Part shown: positions 10,547 through 22,653 of the stretch, piece after piece
How the letters are laid out: each line of letters opens with the position of its first letter
Position numbering within the stretch: the first letter of the stretch is position 1
Assembly (NCBI GenBank): GCA_013416795.1
Contig: RQSC01000008.1
Span: 8,767 to 72,766 of the forward strand
Origin: Prasinococcaceae sp. CCMP 1430
Lineage: Eukaryota; Plantae; Prasinodermophyta
Direction of reading: 5' to 3'
Length of the DNA: 64,000 nucleotides
The notes under the pieces: model-generated
The model's input: the letters and a program-made list of their open reading frames with translations, nothing else
Databases searched by the model: none
Told to the model about the DNA's origin: nothing
Program-made: the position numbers and the translations under genes

Positions 10547-13500
10547 ATGTCTGGACTGCGCGAGCGCGACACCAACGCCGCCACCGCGGTCGCCGCCGCG
10601 AAGCGCCCGTGGGAGCTCCTCTTGGCGCCGCGCGCGGGCGGGCAGGCGGGCGCGGTGGCGCACGCCGCGGCGAAGGCGCACGCGGCCGGCGGGGTGGAGC
10701 AGCTGCGGATGCAGTGGGGCGCGGGGGCGTTCCGGCACGTCCACCTGGAGAACTTCATGTGCCACGAACACTTCGAGGTGCGCACCCAGCGGCGAGCGAG
10801 CGAGCGAGCGAGCGAGAGGGAAACGGAGAGAGAGAGAGAGCCACCCGCCCTGGCATCGCCTGGCCGTCGGTGTGCTCAGTCAGCGCGTCGGCCTGTCGGT
10901 CGCCCGCCGGACGTAGCCTCCGTCTCTGCCGTTGCGCTCGGACCCCGTGTCGTGGGTGCCTCCGCCCTGCGCTCCGCGCCGCTCCCCAATTGGAGGGCGC
11001 TCTTGCGCTAACACCCATCGCGCGCGCTCGGCGACCCCGTGGCCTGCCGCGCGCCGCGCCGCCGCTCGCTGCCACCTGCCGCTGCGAATTCGCGCGCCCG
11101 CGCCCACGCGCCACAGGCTGACTTCTGCCCTCACGTCAACTTCATCACCGGCGAGAACGGCAGCGGCAAGTCCGCCATCTTGACGGCGATCTCCACCGTC
11201 CTCGGCGCCAGGGCGCGCTCGACGAGGCGCGCCAGCTCGCTGAAAGGCATGGTGAAGACGGGCAAGGGCTACGCACTCATCACGCTCACCATCCACAACG
11301 GCACAGGCAGCGACGCCTTCCAGCCCGACCTCTACGGCGACACCATCACCGTGTGCCGCCGGATCACCGAGAGTGGCAGCAACACGCTCTCGCTGCGCGC
11401 GGGCGACCGCAACGGCAAGAAGATCTCTGGCGACCGCAAGGATCTGGACGCCATGCTCGACTGGTTCAACATTGACATCAACAACCCGCTCGTCGTGATG
11501 TCCCAGGACAGCTCCCGCGAGCTCATGTCGAACGGCAAGCCCGAAGACATGTACAGGTTCTACATGGACGCGACGATGCTCGGGGACCTCTACGCCAACC
11601 TGCGCGCCATCAACCAGCACAAGGGCGCCATGAAGGAGCTGCTGAAGGATGCGGAGAACGACGTCAGAAAGGAACAGTACGACAGGGAGGCGATAGAGAA
11701 GACGCTGGAGGAGTATCAAGAGATTGCCAAGTACGACGAAACCATCGCCAACCTTCGTAAGCAGCTCATGTGGGCGCACGTCGCCGCCATGCATCGCGAG
11801 GCCGACCAGCATCGCGACGAGGCCGGCACGCAGCAGCACGTCGTGGAGTCCAAGCAGAAGGCTTTGCAGAAAGCCCAGGAGGCGCTGCAGAAGGCTGAGG
11901 AGGCCGAGAAGAGCGCTGGCCAGGGCGTGGACAGCGTGCAGGAAATTGACGCGGGCATGGCGGAGCTTGGGAAGCTGATTCCCGCCGGACAGGACGCACT
12001 CAGGGCCGCAAAGAAGAAGCTGAGCGACGCAAAACGGGAACACGACGCTGCCGTCAGGGCGGCCGGCCAGCTGCGAAACGCAATCAAGGGGCTCGAGGAT
12101 GACATAGCAGCGAGCGAGGCCACCGCGGCCGCCGAGGACGGCGCCAGCAACGCGCAGCGCGATGCGGCCGTTCGGAGCGCGCGCGAGGCGACCCAGGCCG
12201 CGAAGGCGGCGCTCGAGACCGCGAAGCAGGCCGAAGCGCTTCGCGAGCAGGAGGAGAAGCAGGCGAAGGAGGCGCTGAACGCCTCGCAGCGCGATGCTAG
12301 CACGATCGGCGCAGCCATTCGTGATCACCAGGCGAACCTCAAGCGCTACAGCGGCAACAAGAGCCCGCACACCGTGTTCAACCCCGAGGCGTCGAAAGTG
12401 CTTGAGCTGATCACTCGCCACAGCGGTCAGTTCACCACGCCGCCGATCGGCCCCATTGGGTCGCTCATCACGCTCAAGGACGCAAGGTGGTCCAAGGGCG
12501 TGACCGCGGCGCTCGACATGAAGCTTGGCAGTTTCATCTGCAACACCACGGGAGACGCCTTCAACCTTCGAAAATTGTGCATGCAAGCAAGGAACATCAA
12601 CATGCACATGCTCAGCCTAACGGTGGCGAGATTCGTCTTGCCGCCGCACAGAGTCACGCCCGATCGCCAGCCCGACTCGCAGCTGGTAACGGTGTACCGG
12701 CAGCTCCAGTGCGAGCGGCCCGTTGTCGCAAATGTGCTCATTGACAGCGACAACATCGAGCAGCTCGTGCTGGAGCCCGAAGACGGGCAGCGCGCCAAGG
12801 AGGTGGCATTTGGGGCCATGCGCCGCAACGTCAAGGCGGTCATCTGTGCGAACAACGGCACGCGCATGGAGATGAAGGGGCGCTCGCAGGTCACCAGGCC
12901 CTTTTTCAAGCAGCTGACGGCCAAGCTTGGGGCGAACGTGCAGGAGATGGCCGCGCAGGCGCAGCAGGCAATTGAGAGGGACCAGGCCAGGCTGCAGGAG
13001 GCCAACGGAAAGCTTGCTGCTTGCAAGGACGCGTACGGAACCGCCCAGCAGGCCCTCCGCGAGGCGACGAAGCGGCGTCGCCAGGCTGCGACGGACGATA
13101 GCAAGGCGACGGCCGTGCTCGAGGGTGCGCTTAGCGAGGCTGCGGAGCACGATCAGCAGTCGCAGCAGGCGTCCACAGATGCCCTGAAGGCGGAGCTCGA
13201 GTCCGAGAGAATCAACCTTGCGGAGAAGGAGGCTGCCATCGCAACGCGGAAGGTTGCCATGGACGCGGCCCACGCGGAGGTGGAGGAGTCCAAGACGGAC
13301 ATTGACGGGCTGAAGGAGCAGCTCGACCAGCTCAAAGAGCGCCATGAGGGCGCGTTTGACGCCATGCAGAAGGCCAAGGACCGTGTCGTGAGGGCGCGCA
13401 AAAAGGTCATCGAGTCTGAAGGCGCCGTCCGCGACGCCGAGCGTGAGCTCCGCGAGGCCGGGCAGAGGGCGGAAGAGAAGGAAAAGGAGGCTCGCGGAGC

Positions 13501-14154
13501 GGAGGCAAAGGTCACGGAGAGGTGCCCGCGCGAGGACCTCGAGGAGGCGGGCGGGATGCCAAAGAAGAGCGCTCAGGCACTCTCCAACGACATCAAGCAG
13601 ATTGAGAACCGCAAGAGGCGCGCGGAGGCCCAGCTCGGCGAGGGCTCGTATGATGACGTCGAGAGGAGGCTGAAGAAGCAGCGCAAGCGCGAGCGCCGCA
13701 CGCGAGAGGCGTTCGAGGCCGCGGTGCAGCCGTACAAAAAGCTCAGGGTGGCCCTGTCAGATCGCACCACCCGTTTCAAGACCGCAAAAGATGACGTGCG
13801 CAAGCAGGTGAGCCATCGCTTCCAAGAGACCATGATGGAGCGCGGCCACCAGGGTGAGGTCGATGTCGACTACGAGAATGAGGCCCTCTCCCTGCGCATT
13901 CGGCTGAATCTTGAGACCAACCGCTCGGCGGGCGTCGAGGGAAAGGCCGTGCAGAACGTGCGCTCGCTGTCGGGCGGCGAGAAGTCCTTCTCAACTCTCG
14001 CGTTCGCGCTTGGCCTTGGGCAGCTCTGCGACGCGCCCATACGCGCCATGGACGAGTTCGATATCTTCATGGACAAGGTGCGCGTCGTCTTTCACACTAG
14101 GGCATCGTACATGCTGGGCGCCGCGCGCGCGCGTGCGCGTGCGCTGCCACCACA

Positions 14155-14195
<41 letters not shown>

Positions 14196-14464
14196 TGCGT
14201 GCATACGTCTGCCTGTGCTGACGCCTTGGCGCTCGTGCACGGCCGTGCTGGCATGTGCGCGCCGTCGCTTCGCAGGTGAACCGGCTGGTATCAACGAAGG
14301 AGCTCATGAGGTTTGCCTTCCAGGAGCAATTCCGTGCAAAGCAGTTCCTGCTGCTGACGCCCAACGACATGTCCATGATCGAGAGCATCAAGGCAGGCCT
14401 CGGGTGCATCCCCGACGACGGCGACATGCGAATGCTGCGCGTAAAGCCCGCCCGCAACCGATAA
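10547..14464 (+). CDS. SMC6: Structural maintenance of chromosomes protein 6; exons 10547-10777, 11117-14077, 14276-14464
   Basis: LENFMCH, Walker A GENGSGKS, hinge PPIGPIG, coiled coils, signature LSGGEKSF, Walker B DEFDIFMD; canonical GT-AG introns keep frame. Confidence 0.92.
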
Positions 14465-14711
14465 TAGGGCTAGGCGCAGCAGCCGCCAGCCATTCGACGC
14501 CAGTCGCCTTTTGCACGGTCGCTCGGGCAGCTGCCGTGGCCTTACGCATGGACCTCTTGGCGCACCTTGCACGTGAGGAGCGCCGACGCGGTCGCCCGCT
14601 CGACGTTCTGGACTGGTCCGATTCCAATGATATTAATTACGCACGATGCGTACCTGGCGATGCGCACGCGCCGCTGCCGCTGCTGCCGCTGAGCTCCCCA
14701 GAGGGCGAGCG

Positions 14712-15354
14712 TCACATCTCCTCGCCGCGCTCGCGCCGCGCCTTGCGTTCCTTTTCATCCTTGAGCCACGCTTTCGCGCACACGCGGAACTTTCGCCCCC
14801 GGACGGTGTCAACCTCACCGTCCTCGAGCGGGTCCGAGCCGTACGTCTCCTCGTAGCATGGTGGCGCCATGCAGCGCAAGACACAGTTCTCGCGCGCGGC
14901 CGCATCCGTGCCACTGACGCACGCTGCACGCGGAGCCAGACGTGCGTCAGAGGCGGAAAGCAGCTGCCCTCGGCGCTACGCTGCGCGCAGTTGTACGCAC
15001 CTGGGTCGGCGACGCGCGTGACCTCGTCCTCGCACGCGCGGCGCGTGGCGCCCAGGTCGCGGTCGAGGCGGCTCACCGAGCGCGATGAGGACCGCGCGCG
15101 GCGCTTGTTCTGAGCCGAAATGAGAGCGCCCAGGACACGAGGGAGCTGCACGTCAGCCACGCGGTGCGTGCATACTTGCGCCGCATCCCCTCACCTGCAC
15201 TGCCCACCTCGCATTGCGCGCGCACCTTTCCCGCAGCAGCCGGCGTGGCAGCGAGCACCAACGCGAGCACGAGCGCGAGCACCAAAACCTGCGCCAAGGA
15301 ACGAGACGGCAGGTGTTCTCGTCGCCGCGTCGGCGCGCGCGCCGGCGCCGGCAT
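14712..15354 (-). CDS. Small secreted Cys-containing protein, DUF4787-like (spliced)
   Basis: Hydrophobic signal VLVLALVLALVLAA; spliced C-terminus ENCVLRCMAPPCYEETYGSDPLEDGEVDTVRGRKFRVC. Confidence 0.65.
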
Positions 15355-15692
15355 GTCCGCCAGCAGCGGGCCTGCCCCGCGCCGCGCTATGCTGCGTGCG
15401 CGCGAGCGCGCTGTGGTCCTTCACGGACACGTGTCTGGCTCCATCGAAATGCATGCGGAAGCGCGGCAAAGCGGGTTTACACAATGAAGCCCGAACTCCC
15501 AGGAAGGACGCAAAGCCCATTCGCTCTCCGCCCGAGTCCGCCGGCGAGTCGCGCCGAGCGGCCCCGCGAGCGGCCGCAGCACCGGCCAGGCGCCACCCTG
15601 AGGCGAGCGCGCGGCGCTGGCGCCGACGGCGCTCTCTATCGCGCGCGCGCGCGCGCCGTGCGCGCGTGCTACAGGCGCGCGCCACCTGTCAG

Positions 15693-18251
15693 TTACTGAC
15701 GTCTGTTCTGCGGGCTGATCGACATCCTCTCGGCGGCAGCCCTGGCCTGCGCTGCGGCCGCGATCGCCGCGGCGGGCGGGGGTGGCACGGGTGACTCCCC
15801 GAGCGCGGCAGCGATTGGCGAGATGGGCAATTGCATTGGCGAGGCGAACGGCAGCTGCTTCTGCGCAGCAGGCTTGGGAGAGGACGCGATGTTTTCCCTG
15901 TGCGCAGCGGCTACCGGTGCAGGGGATGACTCCTTCCCTGGTAGTCCGCGCGACGGCCTGCGCATGGGCACGATGCGCGCGCGCAAGTTGCCGGCGATGG
16001 CAGGCTGAGCACTGGCCCGCGCCGACGGCTGCTTCTGTAGCTCCTCTGCGTGCTGCTGGTACGACCAAACGGCAGGCTGCGGCGGCTGCTCCAGCGAGTG
16101 GCTGAGGTCCTGTTGGATCCACGGCGCTTGCAACGGCGCGCCGCCGGCCTGAGCGGGTGACTGCCGCTGCTGGTGCTGGTGCTCCTGAGGTTGCTGCGGC
16201 CCCCCTCCGGCTGCGGCTTGCATCTCCTGCGCCGCTTGGTCCACCGGTGGCGGCAGCTGTGGCTGCACTCTCGGATGCGACTGCGCATGAGGCTGAGGCG
16301 GCACGTCCTTTGGTGCTTGAGGCGCAGGCTCTCGCGGGATTTCAGGCGACGTGTGCTCTTCAGTGAGTGTCGATTGCGACTGCGCGCTGGCCGGCTGGTG
16401 GCCTGGCGCAGCCGCCAGAAAAGGCGCTGGAACAGGCGATGACACTGGCGCTGATGCCGGGGCCGGCGAGGGCAGCGGCGAGAACAGCGCCAGTTGCGCG
16501 TTCTCCTCCTTGAGTCTGAGTATCTCCTTCTCCTTGGCGGTGGCACTCTGCATCCACATCTTTGCCTCCTTCGTGGCGCCCACGAGTGCGCTCGCCTGCC
16601 CCGCCGCGTTGGCCTGGAAGCCCGATGCCCGGCGCTCCGCTTCACGCAACTCGCGCTCGACAGTCGCGAGCCTTCGCGTCATGGACGCGCGCTGCTCGGC
16701 CCACACCTCCTCGCGCGACTGCAATTCGATGTCGCGTGCGCGCAATACGTCCGCGGTTGCGCGTCGTGCCCCCTCCTGACCGAGCTCAAGCGCGAGGCGC
16801 GCACGCTCCAGTTCACCCTCGGCTGCTACACGGCGCGCCTCGGCCTCCTCTTGGCGAGCGCCCGCTGCGCGCAGCTGCGCTCGCAGCGACTCGACCTCCG
16901 AGGCATGCTCGCTCTCAGCTACGGCAGCCGCGGCAGCCGCGGCAGCCGCCGCAGCTGCGGCTGCCTTCGATGCGGCGGCAACGGTCGCATCCGCCTTGGC
17001 CGCCCGCTCGAGCGCGCTAGGCTCGGCGACCGCCGGCGCTGCAACAGCAGCGGCAGCAGCGTTAGCGTCGTCGACGGCATCGGTGATACCGCCGCCGTCG
17101 GCAGGGCCTGCAGCGAGCGCTTCCACGAGCCCGGGGCTCGAGGGGCGGGCGGGCGCGCCCTTCGCGGCGGCCATTCGGCCACCCCACAGCGCCCACCCAG
17201 CAGCGCCCGCGTTGCGCAGCCACGCTAGCCACGCGGCGCGTAGCATCCAGCGCTTCGCGCGTGCGTTGGCCATATTGATAGCGGCGAGCGCGAGCTTCTC
17301 GCTGCGCTCGCGTTTGGTGCGTTGGAGCGCTGCGGCCGCACCCTGCTCCTCTGCGCGTGCGCGCCACATGCGACTGTCTGCTCGCGCGCGTTCGACGTCG
17401 GCGAGCATGCCCGCACGGATCGTGTCGGACTGCAGCAGCGCGTCAACTCGATTGCGTTCGAGCGCTGCTCGCATGGCTGCATCTCGCTCCGCCGCAGCAG
17501 CGCCGGCCTCTGCAGCGCCCATGGCCGCGCCCTGCACGCGGGCGGCCTCCTCCCTCTCCCGGGCGCCTTTGACCGCCGCTGCGCGCTCGCGCATCGCCAT
17601 CTCCGCGGTGGCGCGCGCGTCGCGCGCCGCAGCGGCCTTGGCCGCCGCCTCGCTGCGCACGTCATCGAGCTCGGACGCAAGGCGCTTGGCGTCCTGTTCG
17701 GCGCGCTTGAGGCGTTCGCGCAAGGTTGCGCTCTCTCCTGATGAGCCCGTTGCTGCCAGCGGAGCGGCCGAGGGCGCGTGCGCCACCTCAGCGCCCCAGA
17801 CGGCGTCCGAGGACCTCGCGGGCGTCTGTGGTGCGCTCTTGCTCGTCTCAAATTTCGCCTTTGGTCCGCCACCCCCCACGGCGGCCTGCAGCGCCGCGAT
17901 CGCCGCGCCAGCCTCCGACGCCCACTCGGCACGCTGGCGCTCGCGCGCAAGCAATCGTGCGCCGAACGGTGCCGGCGACAGCGGCCCTGCACCGCGCGAG
18001 GGAGACGGAAACGCGGGCATCCGCGCCCCCACCGGCGATTGCGGCCCGTCCTCGCCTCCCATCTCCCCCGCCGGCCCAGTCTCTTCCCTGCGCCCCCCCT
18101 CCCCACGAAGCAAACGATCAGCCCGCGCGGCGAGCACGTGCGCCGAGCGCGCGCGCTGTGGCAGCGCAGGACTGCTGTCCCCCCCCGCCCCCCCGGCCGC
18201 CTCCTCCCAACGCCTCCTGTGCGCCCCACCGCAGGGTGCGTCCGCAGCCAT
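15693..18251 (-). CDS. Hypothetical coiled-coil, Ala/Gln/Pro-rich protein
   Basis: Long ORF with heptad-like A/E/R-rich segments; start codon uncertain. Confidence 0.6.
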   Translation of the reverse strand: MAADAPCGGAHRRRWEEAAGGAGGDSSPALPQRARSAHVLAARADRLLRGEGGRREETGPAGEMGGEDGPQSPVGARMPAFPSPSRGAGPLSPAPFGARLLARERQRAEWASEAGAAIAALQAAVGGGGPKAKFETSKSAPQTPARSSDAVWGAEVAHAPSAAPLAATGSSGESATLRERLKRAEQDAKRLASELDDVRSEAAAKAAAARDARATAEMAMRERAAAVKGAREREEAARVQGAAMGAAEAGAAAAERDAAMRAALERNRVDALLQSDTIRAGMLADVERARADSRMWRARAEEQGAAAALQRTKRERSEKLALAAINMANARAKRWMLRAAWLAWLRNAGAAGWALWGGRMAAAKGAPARPSSPGLVEALAAGPADGGGITDAVDDANAAAAAVAAPAVAEPSALERAAKADATVAAASKAAAAAAAAAAAAAAVAESEHASEVESLRAQLRAAGARQEEAEARRVAAEGELERARLALELGQEGARRATADVLRARDIELQSREEVWAEQRASMTRRLATVERELREAERRASGFQANAAGQASALVGATKEAKMWMQSATAKEKEILRLKEENAQLALFSPLPSPAPASAPVSSPVPAPFLAAAPGHQPASAQSQSTLTEEHTSPEIPREPAPQAPKDVPPQPHAQSHPRVQPQLPPPVDQAAQEMQAAAGGGPQQPQEHQHQQRQSPAQAGGAPLQAPWIQQDLSHSLEQPPQPAVWSYQQHAEELQKQPSARASAQPAIAGNLRARIVPMRRPSRGLPGKESSPAPVAAAHRENIASSPKPAAQKQLPFASPMQLPISPIAAALGESPVPPPPAAAIAAAAQARAAAERMSISPQNRRQ

Positions 18252-18704
18252 TTTCCCCAATTCCATTTCGCGACCATGTATTCCGTGGGAAATCACCGTT
18301 CGGAATCCCGCCTGGCGCAACTGCGTCCACGAGAACTCCGCGGGAATGTTGACGCCGCCGCCGCGCGCCAGCTCGGTTCGCATGCGCGCGGCCGCGCTGC
18401 TGCGCGCAGCGTTTTCGCGCGGGCGGGGACCGAAGGGATAAACGGAAAGTGGCTTCCAAATTGAACAATTTGGTCGATGCGTTTCGGTGCCCACGGACCT
18501 GCGGAAGGCGAGCCAATTGACGGAGCGTGGGCGTCGGCGCCCGCTCGGAATCAAGCCGGAAATTCCGAGGCCCCCGGAAAATCGGCTGTTCGTATCGACG
18601 ATGGCGCGAAGGCTCCTCGTGGCGCGAGGATTTCATTGCGTGTTTATAGCCCGCGCGCACTCGGCCTCGTCCACCCTGCGCCACTGCGTGTCGCCCGCCG
18701 CCTT

Positions 18705-18766
18705 CACAAGGAAGCTTGGGCCCGTCCACTTGATGCACAAGGAAGCTTGGGCCCGTCCACTTGATG
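18705..18766. repeat. 31-bp perfect tandem duplication CACAAGGAAGCTTGGGCCCGTCCACTTGATG x2
   Basis: Directly visible. Confidence 0.9.
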
Positions 18767-21054
18767 TACCGGAAGGCGGTAGCGGTGGCGGCGGCGTTGC
18801 CGCCCGCGCCGCGACTTGCAGACGCGCGGATGCTCGTCAGACGGAACCTTGGCGTGCGATCGAGGAACGACGGTGAGCGTCACGCCCGGCGTCATGGACG
18901 CAAGACCAAGAAAGACGTAATATTACGGTCATTCGTCGAGAACCCGCTCTACGCTGTATGCGGGGTTGCGGAGGCCCTCCGAAGACGTCGAAGTCGAAGT
19001 CGTCGGAGTGTCGTCGGTCGAGGTGTCGTCGCTCAGGGGTAGGACCTGCATCGACTAGAGGTTCGAGAGCCAGCCGATGGTCGAGGTGTTCGTTCCCTTG
19101 TAGGTCCCGCCCCTCCGCCATTGCTATCAATTGAAGAGAATGACGGCGGCTTCTTAATGCACGTCGCGCGTGTCGGGCATTACGGCGCAGTGACCAGAGT
19201 GTTGAGGTGTTGGCCATACTCGAGCTCGAATGGTGTGTAGCCGTGGTTGGAGACTGAGTCGTTGTACGCGAACTCTACACAAAGTCACTCACGGAGCCTG
19301 ACCCACGGTCATGGTGAAATAGCTCCCGTGGGTAAATGTGATATATATTTAGATGTATATAGCTATAGGCGCCTCGGAATGAACGAAATGACTAGCGCGC
19401 CGCGCGCCCACTCATCACCAGCCTCCGCAACACCTATGACCGCGTCTTTCATGGCGCCTTTGCTGGATTCGAGAGCTTATTGCGTGTGCGCGTGAGCGTG
19501 AGGAGCGCGCGCCGGGCGCTCGCGCGCCCCGCCCCGTGGGGCGTGCGGCGCGCTGGCACGCTGGGAGAGTGGGTGGGTGGGGCGAGGCTGCGGCACGTGC
19601 GGGCACAGGGTGTCGCGCCGGCGCCGCATGCGCTCGCGGGTGACGCGGTCGCATGCCTTGAGAGGCATGCGCCTGCGAGGGGTCACACTGCGAGCCGCGT
19701 GGCACCTGTGCTGACCCGCTCCCGGGACGCGCCCCGGCACTCTCCGCGTCCGCTCGCTCTCCGCTGGCGCTGGCGCTGCGCAGCGGTCGAGTCCGAGCCA
19801 GGGCGCGCGGTCGACGCGCTGAATGCGCTCGCTAAGGAGCACATCACTGCCAACACACTCGTTGAGAAGCAAATCGGCAAGCGGCTCAAGCCGCTACGGA
19901 AGGTCCGCGCGCGCTCCGCTCGCAAAACGCGCGCGCGAGCGTTCCGCGGCAACGACGCTTTCGCGATCGCCCCGCGTCCAGCCCCTGACGCACGCACACG
20001 CGCCCCCTCGCGCGCGGACGCGGGGGTTGCCGATCCTCGCAGGCGAAAGACGCGTCCGTGTCCGCCGCCGCTAAGGCCGTGCAGGCCGCGTGGATGAAGG
20101 TGGTGATGGGCGAGGCGGAGAATGGAAAGCCCGCCGTGGTGGCCAAGGCCACTGATGCTAAGGACGCAAAAGACACAGACGCGGGCGACGCCACCCAGGC
20201 CGAGGGCGCCGCTGCCAAGGCAGCAGACGCTGCCCCAGCTGATTCCGGTGCTGCGCAGGAGGACAAGGGTACCGTCGCTGCCAAGGGCGGCGAGGAGCTC
20301 ATCTCCACCGGAGACGACAAGCGCGACAGGCTTCGCACGCTGCTCGCGGGGAAGCTCGCCCTCGCCGACCGCGTGGCAGGCGACGAGTGGACACCGCACG
20401 GCGCAGCCGCCAAAATCGAGGAGGCGCTGCATAAGCTGCACGGCGGTGACGTCAAGGCGCTGAGCACCAAGTATCGCGCCATTGCGGTCAATATCGGTGA
20501 CCCCAAGAACCCCGACTTCAGGCGCAAGATCCTGAGGTGCGCAGGCGCGACTGCTCACGTGCGCGTGCACGCCGATGCTCGCGCGCGTGCGCCCCACGTC
20601 CAGTCTGCAAATGCGCTGATGCACCATGTCGTTGTGCGCTCGCTCGCTCAATCGCCTGCACCCCTCCTCCCACAGTGGCAAAATCCCCGCCGAGGCTGTG
20701 CCGCTATTGAGCAGCGAGGACATGGCAAGTGACGCACGCCGCGAGGAGAACGCCAAGATTCGCGAGGAGGCGCTCTTCCAAGCGGAGCGCGGAAAGACGA
20801 CTGCTGCATCCACCAACATGTTCAAGTGTGCGCGCTGCAAGAAGAATCAGTGCACGTACTTCCAGATGCAAACACGCTCGGCGGACGAGCCCATGACGAC
20901 ATTCGTCACGTACGTTGCGCCGCATGCACGCGCGTGCGCCCCTGCCCCCCTCCCCTGCGCTGATCTCTGACCATTCGCACGGATACGTGTGCGCGCACCC
21001 GCATTCGGCGTACACAGCTGCACGAACTGCAACCACCGGTGGAAGTTTTGTTAG
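18764..21054 (+). CDS. TFIIS: Transcription elongation factor TFIIS (multi-exon; first exon 18764-18872 tentative, confident from 19784)
   Basis: N-terminal domain (DALNAL...IGKRLKPLRK), central KYRAIAVNIGDPKNPDFR, zinc ribbon CARC...QTRSADEPMTTFVT|CTNCNHRWKFC. Confidence 0.9.
19180..19278 (-). mobile_element. Ty3/gypsy integrase relic
   Basis: Minus-strand translation VEFAYNDSVSNHGYTPFELEYGQH matches the EFAYN...GYTPF.L.YG end of the gypsy integrase core; locally lower GC. Confidence 0.7.
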
Positions 21055-21226
21055 AGCGAGGGCGGGCGGGCGACCGTAGGCGCGTCGGACGATGCGCGTA
21101 CAATGCGAGGCAAGGGGCCTGATGCGACTGTGTTACCCACTCATCTAATCAGACACGCGACGCTATTAGCTGTATTAGAGTTGAGAGTGCGCACGCCCTC
21201 GCAGGGCGCGCTCTCGCCGCGCGACA

Positions 21227-22653
21227 TCACAGAGCGTCCACAGCGGTGCGTATGTGTCCTTCGAGCTGCTTTCCGAACGCACGCCTGGAGAAGTTCCTCG
21301 ACACGTGCGCGCGTGCTGCCGCGCCCATTGCGCGCGCCGACACGGGGTCGTCCAGCAGCTTACCCAGCGCGCTGGCGAATGCCTCCGCAGTGGGTTCGCA
21401 CAGCAGCCCCGTGCGCCCGTGCACCACTGTCTCGACGGGCCCACCGCTGTTGCATGCGACGACTGGTCGCGCTGCTGCCATGGCTTCGAGCGGCACGATG
21501 CCAAAGTGCTCGTGCTCGGGTGTGTACAGGACTGCCACGCAGCGCGAGAGCAGCGCACGCCGCTGCATGGCGGAGAAGTTTGGCACGAAGCTCACCAGAT
21601 GCGACACGCCCGCAGCACTCGCCGCTGCGCGCAGCTCCTCGAGATGCTCCACGTTCTCACGCACGGCGGGGTCGTATCCGCCTGCGAAGCAGAGCCGCAC
21701 GCCGCGTAGACCGGCGCTCCCACGAGTGCGGCCGAGGATACCCAGAGCGTCGATGGCGAGCTTGAGACCCTGCGAAGGCGTGGGCGAAGGGCGCATCCGC
21801 GGTGTGCGACAGACGCATGGTCGCAGCCGACGCATCGGATCTACCGTCAGAATAACTCCGCGCCAGGCCGGTGCGCGCGCGATCGCAACAGCACGCGAGC
21901 AGGCAGCCCAACGAGAGCCACCTCTGAGACGCTCGGCCTCACCTTCTTCCTCTCAAACCTGTTTATGGACAGCAGCAGCGAGTCTGTGCCGGGACTCTCA
22001 AGCACCCCCTCTGGCACACACCTCTCCGTGGCCGCCTTCTCCGCCGTGCTGGCGGGCGGCGCGTGCGCCGCCAGGTCGACCGCAGGGTAGAGCACCTTGG
22101 GCTTGAGCCCCCTCGCGTGCAATGCGGCGAACGTCTGCGCGAACACTCCGCCCGTGTAGCGGCTGTTGACGAGCACCGTCGACGCACAGCCCGTGGACGC
22201 CTGCTCCACGCAGTCGACGGGCGCGCGGTAGAGCCGACGCAACAGCGTGGCGCGGCTGGCGAGCAGCATGTCGGGAAAGTGGCAGTAGAAGAGCGTCGGT
22301 GCGCTCCGCCACAGCAGCGCGTGCAACACAGGCACCATCGCGCTCACCTGGTCGCACAGCACGGCGTCCACGCGCCCGCGCAGCGCCAGCGCGAGGCACA
22401 TGGCCAGCCACACGCAGCGAGCGTATGCGCACAGCGCGTGCAGGCGCCCGAACACGTGACGAGGGATCCAGCCACCCCGCACGACCACCTTGAATGCGCC
22501 GCTGCGTGTCTCTTCGAAGCATCGCGCGGGGTCGTGCCGCGCGGTGTACACGACGACCTCGTGGCCGCGGTCGCACAGCGTTTGCGCGGCGTCGACGATC
22601 AGCCGCTCGGCGCCGCCGAGGCCGAGGTCGGGGTGCGCGATTGCGACGCGCAT
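21227..22653 (-). CDS. ALG2: Alpha-1,3/1,6-mannosyltransferase (GT4); exons 22653-21943 and 21769-21227
   Basis: HPDLGLGGAERLIVDAA, FYCHFPD, LSINRFERKK, GGYD..VRENVEH, YTPEHEHFGIVPLEAM, NSGGPVETV. Confidence 0.95.

Noticed and set aside
14156-14193. Poly-C run read as poly-Pro at the end of the SMC6 ORF
   Set aside because: Lies inside the GT-AG intron 14078-14275.
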